Of a stretch of 64,000 bases of DNA, positions 12,820-26,776 are shown piece by piece. The DNA lies in contig NC_043005.1 of NCBI RefSeq assembly GCF_006345805.1, positions 83,204,001 to 83,268,000 on the forward strand. The letters run 5' to 3'. Each line of letters starts with the position of its first letter. The first letter of the stretch is position 1. This DNA is from Octopus sinensis. Its lineage: Eukaryota. The position numbers and the translations under genes are program-made. Below the pieces are notes generated by a model that ran no database searches, was not told the DNA's origin, and saw only the letters and a program-made list of their open reading frames with translations.

Positions 12820-13590
12820 AGTTTCAGCACAAAGCGCGGCTATGTGGTGCACCGCCGTTTTGCTACACTGTTATTAAGAGCCTCCTCTAATATGTGGTAT
12901 TTGCGGAATAAGGGAGTTTGATGTCGCTACCCTCATTTGCACCTCCTGCGTGAGGTAGGTTCATTTGGGACTCTCGACAGAAAGAGATCCAGTTTTGATT
13001 TGAAAATACCTACATCCACTTCGTGTAGGTCCTTCAGGCTCCTTGGAAGAATATTAAAAATCTGCTGTTGCAGTAACTACTCCTGAAGCGCGACGACATT
13101 ACTGGGATCTTTGGCACTGTGCAGAGGCGACCCGTTCTGGCATTTGTGTAGCTTTCAATGCCAAAATTTGGCACAATCCCTTCCAGGAACGTCCAGATGT
13201 ATATTACTGCACATCTCTTCCGCCTTTGCTCCACGGAATAAAGGCTTAGCTCTTTCAGCCAATCCCAGGAGCTGAGCTGTTGCAATAAGACGATCTCGTT
13301 TGTGAAGCTTCGATGGATTGCTTCAAAGTCCGTTGTTAATTTTACACGGTGAGGTGACCATAACTGGCAGAAATAATGCAGACGGCTGAGGATGAATGTC
13401 CTCCAGAGGACCATCATGATTTCCTTTTCTCTGATTCTGAACATTTTCAGGATCCAGCCAGCCATTCGTCTGCACTTTGTCTCCATCCTGGTAATGTGCA
13501 CTTGAAAAGGGGTATCATCACTCATGTCAATACCTAGGCCCCGCACAGATTTAGGCTCTGAGATTGTAATCCCCTGTAGACCAGTGTACC
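12820..13590 (-). mobile_element. CR1/L2-group LINE, 5'-truncated (ORF2 C-terminus plus 3' UTR)
   Basis: ORF 13034..13546: RGLGIDM...MAGWILKMFR...LSRLHYFCQLWSP...FEAIHRSFT...LKELSLYSVEQRR...IYIWTFLEG, the typical post-RT region of CR1/L2-type ORF2. Confidence 0.85.
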
Positions 13591-13693
13591 CTATGTATAT
13601 ATGTATGTATGTATGTATATTTATATATATCCACTATTTTATATGTGTGTTTGTGCGTGTGTGTACATGTATAAAGACAGACGGACAGACTGT

Positions 13694-13751
<58 letters not shown>

Positions 13752-14573
13752 CGCTTACACACACTCACACACGCACACACGCGGCAAGAAGATATGTGTG
13801 TATTCCACAGGGTATGCCATTGTGAAATTTGGCTATCTATTTTTCTTGTAGTCCAACGTAAAACCTCACGATGAATTAAATCGCAAAATATTATTTTTTT
13901 TATGGTTATCCATCTAAATTCGAATTAAGAATGGGAAAAAAACGATCATAATTGTAGTAAAATCATCACTAAATAATAACCTGTAGACATTTTTGACAAC
14001 GTTCAGTAAGTTAACTGATTTAAAAACTAAATCTTGCAGTCTTATGTCAAGGAATATTGCTTGTACTGAATGCCCGTATGTCGATATTCTGCTGGCGAGT
14101 ATACTAAGCAGAATATTACCGAAGTTGTTGCTATGTCAGGTTTCTTCATCAAAAAGAAAAGAAAACGAAAATACAGACTTCAATGGCTAAAAGCAGAAAC
14201 ACGAATTTCACGTTAAAATACAGAGAAGCATATCTAGGAAAATCAGTGCTAATGGTGCAGGTAAAACACAAAATAATTTAAAGAATTCTATTGTCTGCAC
14301 CACTAGTACCAACACATTCAGCAACAACAACAGTTACACCACCTCCATTAACATTATCAGCAAAAAACTACTAAGCTCTTACGTCCACCATGACCACGAC
14401 CACCATCTCCACCTCCTACATTAACAATATCCGCCAAGAAAAATCTCTTACGACCACCGATGCTACCACTACAATCACTACGACCAGCAAAATACTATAA
14501 CTAACACAACATACGACACCAGTAAAATTATCGACTAAAAGAAGTAAGATGTCTTATACCAGCTACTACCACA

Positions 14574-14667
<94 letters not shown>

Positions 14668-14669
<2 letters not shown>

Positions 14670-15066
14670 TTCAAATTTTGCCACAAGGGCAGCCATTTTG
14701 GTTAGAGGGGGCTAATCGATTACATCGACCCCCAATGTTCCATTGGTGCTTAGTTTATCGATCCCGACAGGATGAAAGGCAAAGTCGACCTCGGCGGGAT
14801 TTGAACTCAGAACATGAAGACAGACGAAATACCTACTTCTTTACTACCCACAAGGGACTAAACACAGAGGGAACAAACAAGGACAGACAAACGGATTAAG
14901 TCGACTACGTTGACCCCAGTGCGTAACTGGTACTTAATTTATCGACCCCGAAAGGATGAAAGGCAAAGTCGACTTCGGCGGAATTTGAACTCAGAACGTA
15001 ACGGCAGACGAAATACGGCTAAGCATTTCGCCCGGAGTGCTAACGTTTCTGCCAGCTCACCGCCTT
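14668..15066 (-). mobile_element. composite of two family A SINEs (old 3' part plus young copy joined at GACGAAATAC)
   Basis: The central domain occurs twice (about 14755-14810 and 14938-14995), with only one head at 15066; (ATT)n tail at 14607-14667. Confidence 0.8.
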
Positions 15067-15449
15067 AACAACAACAACAACAACAATAACAATAATAATA
15101 ATTTGTTTTGGTATAAAAGATGGGCTACAGCAAATATTCTGCTCAATATCACAGATTTGCTTGTCATTTGTTTGACCTGAACCAGCTGAGCATGTCTCTT
15201 AGTGGCTGACAATATGTGCATCAACTAGCTCGCTGTCTTAATGGCTTCAAAGTTTGGTACAAGGCCAGCAATTTTTATGATGAGGGAGTTAGTCAATTAC
15301 ACTGACCCCACCACCACCATCACTCAACTAGTACTTATTTTATTAGCCCCGAAAGGATGAAAGGATCAAATCGGCATGATTTGAACTTAGGAAGAACCGA
15401 AAGAAATACTACATGATACTTTTTCCAATACTGTAACGATTCTACCATT

Positions 15450-15745
15450 GCACTACTACTACTATTACTACTACTACTACTACAACTACAACTACTACTA
15501 CTATTACTAGTGCTGCCCCTGCTACTACTACTACAACTACTATTACTACTACTGTTACTACTAATATTGCTGCTGCTATTACTACTACCACTGCTGCTAC
15601 TACTATTACTACTACTACTATTACTACTACTGCTACTACTAGTATTGCTGCTGCTACTACTGCTACTACTACCACTGCTACTGCTTGCTACTATTACTAC
15701 CACTTCCACCACCACCAATACTACTACTATTATTACTACTACTGA
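15450..15745. repeat. degenerate (ACT)/(GCT) trinucleotide tract
   Basis: Direct reading; yields poly-S, poly-L and poly-V ORFs. Confidence 0.9.
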
Positions 15746-16246
15746 CATGACATCAACTACGTTATCAACATTATAACCAATACCACCATCGAAAAGACTT
15801 GCAAGCAAATCTCCCTTAAATCATACCTTATGTTCTTAAAATAGGATTGCTTATGTTTTCAGTGATTGCACAAATGCTCTATTAATTAGCGCCGATGATA
15901 ACGAGCTTTCGGCTACATAACTTAATTGCTCAGATATTTCATATTAATGACGTCAATGGAACCAACGAAACTGCCTTTGCATGGTCGTAAAACTTTCCCA
16001 AACAAAATGGTACCCAAAAATCTCTCGCAAATCACAACCGACCATCATTAAAAAAAACGATAAATGTGCATATATAAATATTCTTTTATACGTTTCAGTC
16101 CAAAGGATGAGTTTATGCTGGAGCAACGCCCGTAAAATTTTGAATTACATACCATCCTCCACACACACACAAACACATATTTATGTGTGTGTATGTGTGT
16201 GTGTGTGTGTATGTATACATACACACATACATACACACACATGCAT

Positions 16247-16277
<31 letters not shown>

Positions 16278-16502
16278 CATACACACACATACACACACAC
16301 ACACATACATATATGTGTGTGTTTGTGGGGTCTGGCATGAACATGAGTGCGTCGTTCAGAAATTTGTTTTGCAACGTGGTTCTGGATTCGTTACCATTTC
16401 ATGACTCTTTTGGCAAGTGTCTTTTACCGTGGATTCTGGTTGACCAATACTTTGTAAACCAAATTTCTGTGGCCTACCAATATGTGTGCGCGCACGTGTG
16501 TG

Positions 16503-16534
<32 letters not shown>

Positions 16535-16946
16535 TGTATGTATGTATGTATGTATGTATGTATGTATACACACACATTTGTGTGTGTATAAGCCAACGTT
16601 CAATCAAAAACATATGCTGTAAATATATTTTTTCTTTGTTTTTTCCCAGCTATTTTTTAGTGTTTATTTGTCTTTTGTTGTTTGTTTTCATTTTTAATAA
16701 TCATTTTCGATTTAGATTCAAGGTGGGTTTGAAGTTGTTTATTTATAAAATGATTTTCCGAAGTATTGTGCCGATGTCATATGGCTTTGACAAAACACAA
16801 AATAGAAAGTCGACAGCTTACTTAATAACAGAGAGACGACCTCGTAAGTGGTTGCTAGACATGCTAAAATATACAGCGAAATCTCCCTCAACTCGGAACC
16901 AGCTGTCTTCATGCAAGGAAAACACAAACACACACTCTCTTTTTTT

Positions 16947-16996
<50 letters not shown>

Positions 16997-17269
16997 TTCT
17001 CTATTTCTTTCACTCATTCTCTCGCTGTTTTTCTCTATCCCTCTCTCCTTGTTTTTGTGTCATACACACTCAAACACACACACGAATATTCTGTTTACAT
17101 CTGCCGAGACTTTAAAAAGACTTTTGTTTCTCATAATCTAAATTTGTTTAATCACACATTATTTTAATTTGTTTAATTACACTTTAATTAATTACACAGC
17201 GATGGCTAAAACAAAACATTGGATTGTTTATCAAAGTATACCTTATTGTACATAACAGAGCAATATCCT

Positions 17270-17710
17270 TTCTTATTTTGAAGCAAGGTCAGCAATTTTG
17301 AGAGGTGGGGCAAGTCGATTAAACAACCTCAGCGATCAAGCGATACTTGTTTTAACGTCACCGAAAGGATGAAAGCTATTGTCGATCTCAGAGGGATTGG
17401 AACTCAGAACGTAAAACCAGTAGTACGAAGTTATGCATTTGGTCCAATGTGCTAACGATCCTGCCAGCTCGCCGCCTTACATTTCAAAGTAATACTGGTT
17501 TCAAATGTTGGCACAAGGCCAGCAATTTCGAGGAAGTGGGTAAGTCGATTACATAGATCCCAGAACTCTCCTGGTACTTATTTCATCGGCCCTGAAAGGG
17601 TGAAAGGCAAAGTGGACCTCGACAGAATTTGGACTCAGAATATAACGACTGACGAAATGCCGTCAAGCATTTTGCCCGGCTTGCTAACGATTCTACCTGC
17701 TCAACGCCTT
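17270..17710 (-). mobile_element. two tandem family A SINEs; the second is flanked by a 16-bp TSD
   Basis: ACATTTCAAAGTAATA at 17479-17494 and 17711-17726 brackets copy 17495-17710. Confidence 0.75.
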
Positions 17711-18184
17711 ACATTTCAAAGTAATATTTAAAAGAAAAAAAAATTCTCTTAACGTGAAGACACAATGTTTGTTTGTTTGTTTGTTTTTTATACACCGATA
17801 CTGAAATACTTTGGAAAAATGTAAACAAATACATGTAGACGTTTTGTTGAGGGACAAGGAAATTGTATTTACTTGACCTGGCTTGGTTTCTAACCTTGTA
17901 GCATGCTCTTCAGAAAGCACGTACATACCTCTTCTCTCCACAGAGATAAATATATATCCTATAGTTATTTAAAGCCCCTAGATTTACTAGCTTCAGTAAA
18001 TCATTTGGGCTGAAAAATAATGTTATGCTGACATCTAATACAATTAATTAGTTTTTATTGCATAACAACCTGAATAGATAATTTTAACGATGATATATTC
18101 TCTCTAACGCTGATTCTAGAATGATGTGTCAAGGGATTCCTCTACTCTAAAATAAGCGACACAGATAAGCCTGTGATCGAAATA

Positions 18185-18385
18185 AGATGTCGCCAGGCTC
18201 ACCAGAAATACCAGTCTTATTTATTTTTAATCTTAATCTACTGTCTTAAAAGAAGGGGAAACTAAGCGCATTGGATAATGTAGCTCTAGATATACCGTGG
18301 ATGAAAAATAACATTGTAGGATCACGCTTGGAATTTCTTAGATCATAGATTTGCTTGTTCTGATTTGACACTTACCTAGGGTTAA
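18185..18385 (+). mobile_element. old AAC-tailed retroposon 3' fragment (family F)
   Basis: CATTGGATAATGTAG..CTAGA...GATCATAGATTTGCTTG...CTAGGGTTAAAAATACAAC. Similar degraded pieces lie near 20350-20530(-), 32640-32880, 56100-56310(-), 58860-58985 and 62840-63025. Confidence 0.5.
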
Positions 18386-18553
18386 AAATACAACCTCACA
18401 ACAATGAAGAATATTCTTCTTAGTGTAGTTATAAAGCACTATGTATGATAAACGTTGCGTATGGTCGTGGCTGAAACGGAATTGATAATATGTCTGCTCT
18501 GTCAAGATTGATTTATGGCTAAACAACAGCAGGAATAAGAACGACCTAGAGAT

Positions 18554-18607
<54 letters not shown>

Positions 18608-19186
18608 TTTTTCAAATTGTCCCAGTTATTGGACTGCAGTCATGCAGGTGAACCACCTCCACCTTGAAGAGTTTAAATCAAACAGATTGTTGCCAACACA
18701 TACATTTAAGTCTGGTACTCATTATCTTGAGTGGTAGTAGGAACAGACAGATACAGACTTACCCCACCCCCACCTCACACACTGTCTTTCTCTCTCTCTC
18801 TCTATATATATATATATTATATATAAACATACACATTGGTCATAGAACAAACACTAAATTCGAGTCAACGACTTAATATATAGCATCATACCTCAAACAA
18901 TTAAACATATATAAATATCACCATTATATAAAAAGATATACATATACATAAAAACACAGAAGATAAAAATATATATGTGAATAAAATACAAATAGAACGG
19001 CCTATCAAAAAGGTTTCTTCGATGACCAATGTATATTTATTTATTTTTGTCTCATTTACATTTGAGCATTTTTGCAGTCCTGTAAACCCCTTTTGTTTCT
19101 ATAAAAAGAGACAAATATTATTTCTTGTTGTATACATACATACATACATACATATATATATTATATATATATATACATATATAATA

Positions 19187-19240
<54 letters not shown>

Positions 19241-19349
19241 TATATACATATATATATAATATACATATATATATATTATATATATATACACATATATATA
19301 TATTATATATATATATATCATATATATATACAATATATAATAGATACAC

Positions 19350-19381
<32 letters not shown>

Positions 19382-19401
19382 CACATATATATATATATAT
19401 A

Positions 19402-19440
<39 letters not shown>

Positions 19441-19904
19441 TTCAAATGAATATGGCACTTAATTTAGATGCACCAGAATTTTTTATGGTGTTACCCATAA
19501 AAATATGCGGGGTGATTATAATCAAAAATAAGCAACAAGAATGAATCCGGTAATTTAGTACAATTGTTTCATACTACAACATTTTATTAAAAGCTATAAA
19601 TATTACAGCAAATTTAAGATGCCGAGTAATCTTCAGCTAAGTTTATATAGGTTTTCCAATAATATAAAGTTCTCAAATCAATTAATAACATCTTAGGGAA
19701 GGTAACTATACAGATAAAGATGTAGATATGAATCTTAGGAACATGAGGTAGTGTAGTTTGGATGCCAACTGACCAAAACCTTGCAAACATTTTCTCCGAC
19801 GTAAGAACAATTCTGCTAGCTCACTGGCTTCAGTTTCGAGCTGTGGACTCTAACTACGTGTGGTGATGAGATAGTGGACACTTCTGTCAATTTCGACCTA
19901 CGAG

Positions 19905-20215
19905 CATCAGTCGTTCGATCAACTGGAAGACCTAATAATTAAATTAACGTACCAAGTGGCTGAGTACCTCACAGACAAGTATACTCTTAACGTAATTCTC
20001 AAGTAGAAATAATGTCGCAGTGTGTGACAAGGCTGGAGCTTGGAATTGCAGGTACAGTCCATCCCACATTTTGTCCAACCAAGACTATAGTCTTGAGTAG
20101 ACAAATACTATAATCGACCCAAGGTTTTAGTTAATACACTTCTCAAGATTCCATGCAGTGTGATCGAACCCTTGACCTCATAGTTCCGAAGCGAGCTGCT
20201 CCGCATGTTACCACA
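19905..20215 (-). mobile_element. SINE family C variant
   Basis: Minus head with GGTTCGATCAC B box. The 3' part (CCAGCCTTGTCACAC...GAATTACGTTAAGAG...CAGCCACTTGGTACGTTAATTT) matches 39280-39355. Confidence 0.6.
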
Positions 20216-21205
20216 TATAGATAGGGTGATTCAGTCAGTAATGATGGCAGCGGTGGTGTTGGTGGTGGTAGTGCTGCTGCTGCTGCTGCTGTCACTACTG
20301 CTAGTGGTGGTGGCGGCACTCCTGCTGCTACTGATAGCGATGGTCATCGTATCCTCTGCCATCGTTGTTGTTGTTATAGTTTAGCCCCAATTTTGCTTTG
20401 ATCAAAGAAACCATCATCAAAGATATTCCCGCCATGAACACCACTTTACCCAGTCCCGCCTTTCCAAGAAGTTAGTGTGATTTGCTGAAGATTTAGTTGC
20501 TATATCTAACAAATCGAGCAATCACGTAGAGGCTCCTTGTGGAAACGTCATACCACCATGTACCCGGGCTTGTATCAGTATAAGTGGCGGAAGATTAACC
20601 TGAAGTATGATCATTTATTACCGTCTCAGCCATATGCTACACCCCAGAGTTTTGAGAGATCGATCCCAGCCCCCGCAAAGTAGTGAAAGTATATTTACGT
20701 AATCAATTAAATTCTTTTTAAGTGTAAATGGCCTCTTTCAACTGTACATTCTGGGTTTTTCTTTTTTATGTTTTGTTATAGTATTTTATATTTTTTGAGT
20801 TAATTATTTTAATTATTAATCAATTTTCTTTTAATTATTACTGTTGTTTTTATGGTTAATGACATTTAATTACTTTTCGAAACTATTTTGGCACATTAAT
20901 AAAATGTTAAAAGCGGTTTATAGCGTTATTAAAAAATAAAATTTATTGATTTTTTTTTACTAGTTACATGGCAAATCTTATGAAGGAAGTTTTAAAGATT
21001 CAGTGCGTATAGTGACTGAGAATTACCGTCATCATCATTCCTTACCAGCAAGTCTTGGAATAGATATAAGCGAGGCTTAGTGTTATGAACACTTAACGTC
21101 TAAAAGGAGGAGGCGTTCTCTGATGAAAAACAACAGCGATCAGCTATCTACGTTCAAATCTACCAGAACGTATTAAGAATGAGTAGATATGTTAATCTCT
21201 TAAAC

Positions 21206-21364
21206 CAGTCGTTCTCAACAACTTTTTGCCTGTGGACTCCTTTGATGGACCCTCACAGTCATTCAATTTTTTTTTAATCTTATATTTTTATAATTAAACA
21301 TTATAAAGAATTGAATAAAAATTAGTTAAAATATTTTGTGTAATATAGAAGTTGATAACCACTG
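21206..21364. mobile_element. hAT (Charlie-like) MITE
   Basis: 14-bp TIRs CAGTCGTTCTCAAC / rc CAGTGGTTATCAAC. The 8-bp flanks TCTTAAAC (21198-205) and TCTTAGAC (21365-72) match 7/8, as expected for an hAT TSD. Confidence 0.75.
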
Positions 21365-22559
21365 TCTTAGACGGTCGAGAATCGCAAAAATGATTTTTTT
21401 TTTTAATTGCTAATCGTGTATGCATGGTCTGCTATAACAGCTACATTTCCCTCAAGTCACATCTTTAAAACATAAAGGAAATGACATATTGAATAAAATA
21501 GTGTTAAATGCCTCTAAAAAGTGGGATGGAATACTTTTGATAACAGATCCACTCGTTAAGCAATGACATCGATGAAACAATAAAATTGTATATTTATCTT
21601 TTACTAAAGCAATTACAGCCTGAAAGAGACATTTTAGCCATTCAAAATACATTATTTGGTGTCAGAATGTTCATCTGTGCGACTAAGTCACACTGTCTGT
21701 GGCTTGGCACCTGACACAGTTCCGCTGTGGAACTGTGTCACTGACCAGGTCGCAGAAATTGCAACCAAATCTCCCGCAACCTTAAAATAAAATAAAAGAC
21801 TCCTCGGATTGAGTAGTTTTGTATACATAAAAAGACATGGCAGCAATAGCTAAAAATAACAGCCAAACCTCCTGCAATCTCAGCATGTTCTTAAAATAAA
21901 ATAAAGGACAACATTGCATAGAGTAGACTTGGATATAATTTTAAAAACTGGGTGAGTAGCAACAGTTGGTAGCCTTTTGATGGAATGCGAGTTCGAGAGA
22001 CGCTGACCTGAGGCTAAACTACAACAGCAACTATAACAACAACACCAACAATAGCAACAGATCCTACACAAGATTTGTATGGTCAAGATATCATATTCAT
22101 TGGCTGAATGAAATCCTCATCATAAGATAGTATTAGTGGGTGTCAGAATAATTAACATATGAAGCATTAAAAGCTAAAGTAGAATTATACGCGGTGAGAA
22201 AACAATTATATTTAATCGATTGCTAATATTCACTTTCATTCATCTTTAGTCAGAGCTATGTTTGGGCTGAGACTAAAAGGCTGATAACACATCATATATG
22301 ACGTCGTACGTATTACAACCACACATGCCAACCACTCTGAAACCGGAACAGTTTTAGAAGGATTGTGGAATTATATAATGTGTGGGTCTGTGTGTGTACT
22401 ACGCTTGCGCAACTGAATATACGTGTGTGTGCCTGAATGTATGTATGCATATATATGTATGTATATATGTGTGTGTGTGTGTATGTATATACATATACAT
22501 TTATATATGTTTGTGTTTATATGTATACAAATATACATACATACACACACACATATATA

Positions 22560-24081
22560 TAATGATTACCGAAAAATAATGTCCAATTTCATGTAATGAG
22601 TTCAAAGCAGGATAAAACATATTGTAAATATATTTACTCACTGGAAATATAATCGCCAGCGTTGAAAATAAAATCTTCCCTCTTCAAAACCAATTTTCTG
22701 ATTACTCGGACAAAAATTCAAATCAGATTCTTTAGGATGTAAAAATGTTTGGAGTACTGTTTCAACATCATCCCTGCCTTTGAATGGTTTTCCATTGGAA
22801 AGGTGTTCAAGACAACCCCAATAATTGAAAATCTGATGGTGTTGGGTCTGGTAAGCCTGGTAAGTAGGGAGAGTGAAGCAGAGCTTCTCAGCCAGATGAA
22901 TTATGTTTTCTTGGTTATCTTCGGTGAATGTGCCGTTGCATTATAATGTTGCAGGATAAGGCGGCGAGCAGGCAGCACACCGGACAAAACACTTAACGGC
23001 ATTTCGTCCGTCTTGACGTTCTGAGTTCAAATTCCGCCGACGTCGACTTTGCTTTTCATCCCTTTGAAATCGATAAAATAAATAACAGTTGAATACTGGA
23101 GCCAATGTAACCGACTTGCTCCTCTCCTAGGATTGTTGGCGCTGTTTCAAACTTTGAAACCATTAAGTTGCAAGATGACCCCCTTTCTGTTGATAACAGC
23201 TGTATTTTTGTTAAGGTTTTTTTTGTTTTGCTTTGTGTTTTGAGCAAAACTTGCTTGTCGCGTTCAAGTTGTGGACAATAAGGTTCTGCGGTGATACATT
23301 TTTTCGTTTGTTTCAATAAATCGAGGGGAACAATATCTACTGTATTCTATGAAACGCACAGCAAAATCTTCGGATGCGGATCTGTTTGGAGTGTTACAAC
23401 TGAATTTTCACTAGGTGATAGCGATTACTTTTGTATTTATTGTTGACATTAACTATGTAATTCTCATCCCCTGTTCGATTAAGAAGTAATGTTTGTTCAT
23501 TCCTGATCAGTAAATTGTTGAACGCACCGCTTTATTCTCAGGGGACACCTTATGAAGTACCTAAAGTATCCACTTCCCTTTGCTACTCACTCTCCCAATC
23601 TGCTTGAGACGATCATGTAAAGTGAACCAAGGTTTATTAAACTTCAGAGATAGGATTGCCTACAATTGCTCCTTTAACTGCATGATTATTGAGAACAATT
23701 GGTCTTCCTGACTGATGTCCATCTAAAAGTCCGAAATCACTATTTTTTAATTTGTTAAACTATCTTTGGCATTCCAAACATTCACGCCATCAAGATATAC
23801 AGTACGTGTGTTTTCCTTTGCATATGTTGTGTTGTTAACCTTACGAAACTCGTCAAACATGCAATTTCATAAATGTAGTACACGAAAGTTTTTGTCTTCC
23901 ATTAGCTATCAGCTAGAGCATGTACACACAGCGTGCAGCCACATTAATGGTTGGTCATTAACTCTATGCCGTTTAGTTGGTTGCAAGGACACCTTTTATT
24001 GGCTGGTAAACTATAAACTATTTGTGATCTAATGTCAGATTATTTGCTTGAAAATATGGCATTACTATTCGGTCCCCCTTA
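22560..24081 (-). mobile_element. mariner transposon, full length, heavily decayed, interrupted by a SINE
   Basis: Minus translation from ATG 23902: MEDKNF..MFDEFRK..ECQR*F..SGRP..HDRLKQIGRVSSKGKWIL..TGDE..HPKILLCV..ITAEPYCPQLER..AVINRKGVILQ|HYNATAH..PTPSDF. Degenerate TIRs (ACCGAA.A.TAATG.CC) next to TA at both ends; about 1.3 kb without the SINE. Confidence 0.8.
22957..23163 (+). mobile_element. SINE family A inserted in the mariner
   Basis: Head TAAGGCGGCGAGC. Approximate TSD TAATGTTGCAGGA (22944-56) / TAAGTTGCAAGA (23164-75). Confidence 0.8.
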
Positions 24082-24496
24082 TACATACACCCACACACAC
24101 GTGTGTGTATATATGTGTGTGAGTGTGTGTGTGTGATTGTACAAGTATATGTATGTATGCACGTATATTTATGTATGTGTGTGTGTGTATGTCTGTGTCT
24201 GTGTGTTCACATACACACACATACTTAGGTATGGCCACATCTTCCTCAAGCTAATATGAATGTGTTTATGCGTATATACATTGTGTATGTGTGTGTCTAC
24301 GTTGTCCCTCAATTTACACGATACTCGGTGTACATTGTCTTACTTTCACACAGTTTTGATTTGAGTCAATTTAGAAATGTGTGTGTGTGTACATACACAT
24401 ATATAAATATGCATATGTGTGTATATACATTCATATATGTACATATATGTATATATATATATATATATTATATATAATATATATATATATATATAT

Positions 24497-24715
24497 ACTC
24501 TTTTACTCTTTTACTCTTTTACTTGTTTCAGTCATTTGACTGCGGCCATGCTGGAGCACCGCCTTTAATCGAGCAACTCGACCCTAGGACTTATTCTTTT
24601 GGAAGTCCAGTACTTATTCTATCGGTCTCTTTTGCCGAACTGATAAGTAACGGGGACATAAACACACCAGCATCGGTTGTCAAGCAATGCTAGGGGGGCA
24701 AACACAGACACACGA

Positions 24716-24746
<31 letters not shown>

Positions 24747-24908
24747 CATATATACGACGGGCTTCTTTCAGTTTCCGTCTACCAAATCCACTCACAAGGC
24801 TTTGGTCGGCCCGAGGCTATAGTAGAAGACACTTGCCCAAGGTGCCACGCAGTGGGACTGAACCCGGAACCATGTGGTTGGTAAACAAGCTACTTACCAC
24901 ACAGCCAC
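24497..24908 (-). mobile_element. SINE family B, near full length
   Basis: Both halves present, internal (TA)(TG) tract and (AAAAGAGT)n tail. Confidence 0.9.
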
Positions 24909-24936
24909 ATATATATATATATATATATGAATATGC

Positions 24937-24973
<37 letters not shown>

Positions 24974-24974
24974 T

Positions 24975-25160
24975 GTGTTTTGTCCCGCACCACCACTTGA
25001 CAACCAGTGTTAGTGTGTTTACGTCCCCATAACTTAGCGGTTCGGCAAAAGTGACCGATAGAATAAGTACCAGATTTTTAAAAAATTACTACCATGGCCA
25101 ATCATTCAACTTAAAAAATGTTCAAGGTGTTCCCCCAGCATGACTGCAGTCTAATGTCTA
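24975..25160 (+). mobile_element. SINE family B, 3' half
   Basis: TTGACAACC...CTTAGCGGTTCGGCAAAAG.GACCGATAGAATAAGTAC...CCCAGCATGACTGCAGTCTAATG; begins at a (TG)n tract. Confidence 0.75.
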
Positions 25161-26331
25161 AAGCCGATGTTCCGTGTGAAAGGCTTGAAAATGGTTGAAT
25201 ACTTCCTTAACATAAAACTAATGGTAGCCTTTAGACAGAAATAGAGAATCTTTATCTACCAATGCTGTGTTGAATATTCATTCTCTTTGTCCGATCTTTA
25301 CGTACATACACATATGCGTGTCTGTGTCTGTGTGTATGTATGTGTATGTGTATGTGTGTGTATGTATGTATGTATGTATGTATGTATGTATGTATGTATG
25401 TATGTATGTATGTATGTATGTATGTATGCATGCATGCATCTATGTATGTGTGTATGTATACTGGACAGTTACACATCGATTTTTTCATATTTAATGTATA
25501 AGTCAGCATGCACGGTGATCCTTCATATCATAATAAATCAATATTAGACTTCTTCAATTTTCTCTCGTTTTAATTTTCATGTTTCCTCCTTGATACAATT
25601 ATTTCACCTCCTCCATTTCTTCGCTTCATCCATAAACCTAATACACGAGAGGTGTATCAATTTTTTCCGACATTTCATCTTTATCTCCCCAACACACATA
25701 CATATTACATACGACTTATACGTTCAAAAATCTCAAAAGCCTTTCCACATACAAACTTAATTAGCACTTTCTTCACCAAAATGTGTGCGTGAGGCACAGA
25801 CAGACAGGCAGTGTATATATGCGTATGCTTATGTGCGTATTGTGTATGTGTCTAAGCGTGCACGTGTGTGTGAGTGTGTGTGTGTGTGCGATTGAGCTTA
25901 CGTAGACATACGTAACAGCATCCATACGAATGCTTGCGGTTGTATGTACAAAGATATCAAATGAAAATGAGTACGTGTGATTGTGTCTGCCAGCTATATA
26001 TATATATATATATGTATGTATACATACATATATGCACACACGCACACACACATATATATATATATATACACGCACACACATACGTCTGTATTCACTTACT
26101 ATACACATAATACATACATACATACATACATACATACATACATACATACATACATAATTACATATATACATACATTCATACATACTACATACTAGCATAC
26201 ATAACAAACATATATATTCATACATGCAAATATCACACAAAAACAGGTGGTGATAAAAAGAAGTAACAACACAGATTCACAAAATGCGCAACAGAAGGGA
26301 AAGGTTTTCACATTTGGACCTAAGACCTTCA

Positions 26332-26475
<144 letters not shown>

Positions 26476-26552
26476 AGAAAGAAGGAAATAAATAACAAAA
26501 AAGCCGGAGAGAAAAACCTATTTATAGTTATGTATTAATATAAACGTATATG

Positions 26553-26670
26553 AAGGCGGCGAGTTGGCAGAATCGTTAACACGTCAAGCAAAATGCTTAA
26601 CCTCATTTCGTCGGTCTTTTCGCTCTTTGTTCAAATTCCACCGAAGTTGACTTTGCCTTTTATTCTTTTG
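26553..26670 (+). mobile_element. SINE family A, 5' part
   Basis: AAGGCGGCGAGTTGGCAGAATCGTTA head and GTTCAAATTCC B box. Confidence 0.75.
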
Positions 26671-26705
26671 GTGGTGAATGCTAATGCAATGTAGGTAGGA
26701 TTAAT

Positions 26706-26776
26706 AGATACCGTCTCTTACAGCTGTTTCTGGGATATCCCAGGTTCTATATACTAAGGGTTTCATCATTGGAGAA
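26706..26776 (-). ncRNA. hammerhead-like motif (PLE pLTR relic)
   Basis: Minus: TTTCT-CCAATGA-T-G...GGGATATCCC-A-GAAAC-AGCT-GTA-AGAGA. Helix I is TTTCT/AGAGA. Confidence 0.45.

Noticed and set aside
22735-22865. Apparent plus-strand exon with CTG|GTAAG donors
   Set aside because: All frames from the acceptor hit stops, and the segment is better explained as antisense mariner transposase.
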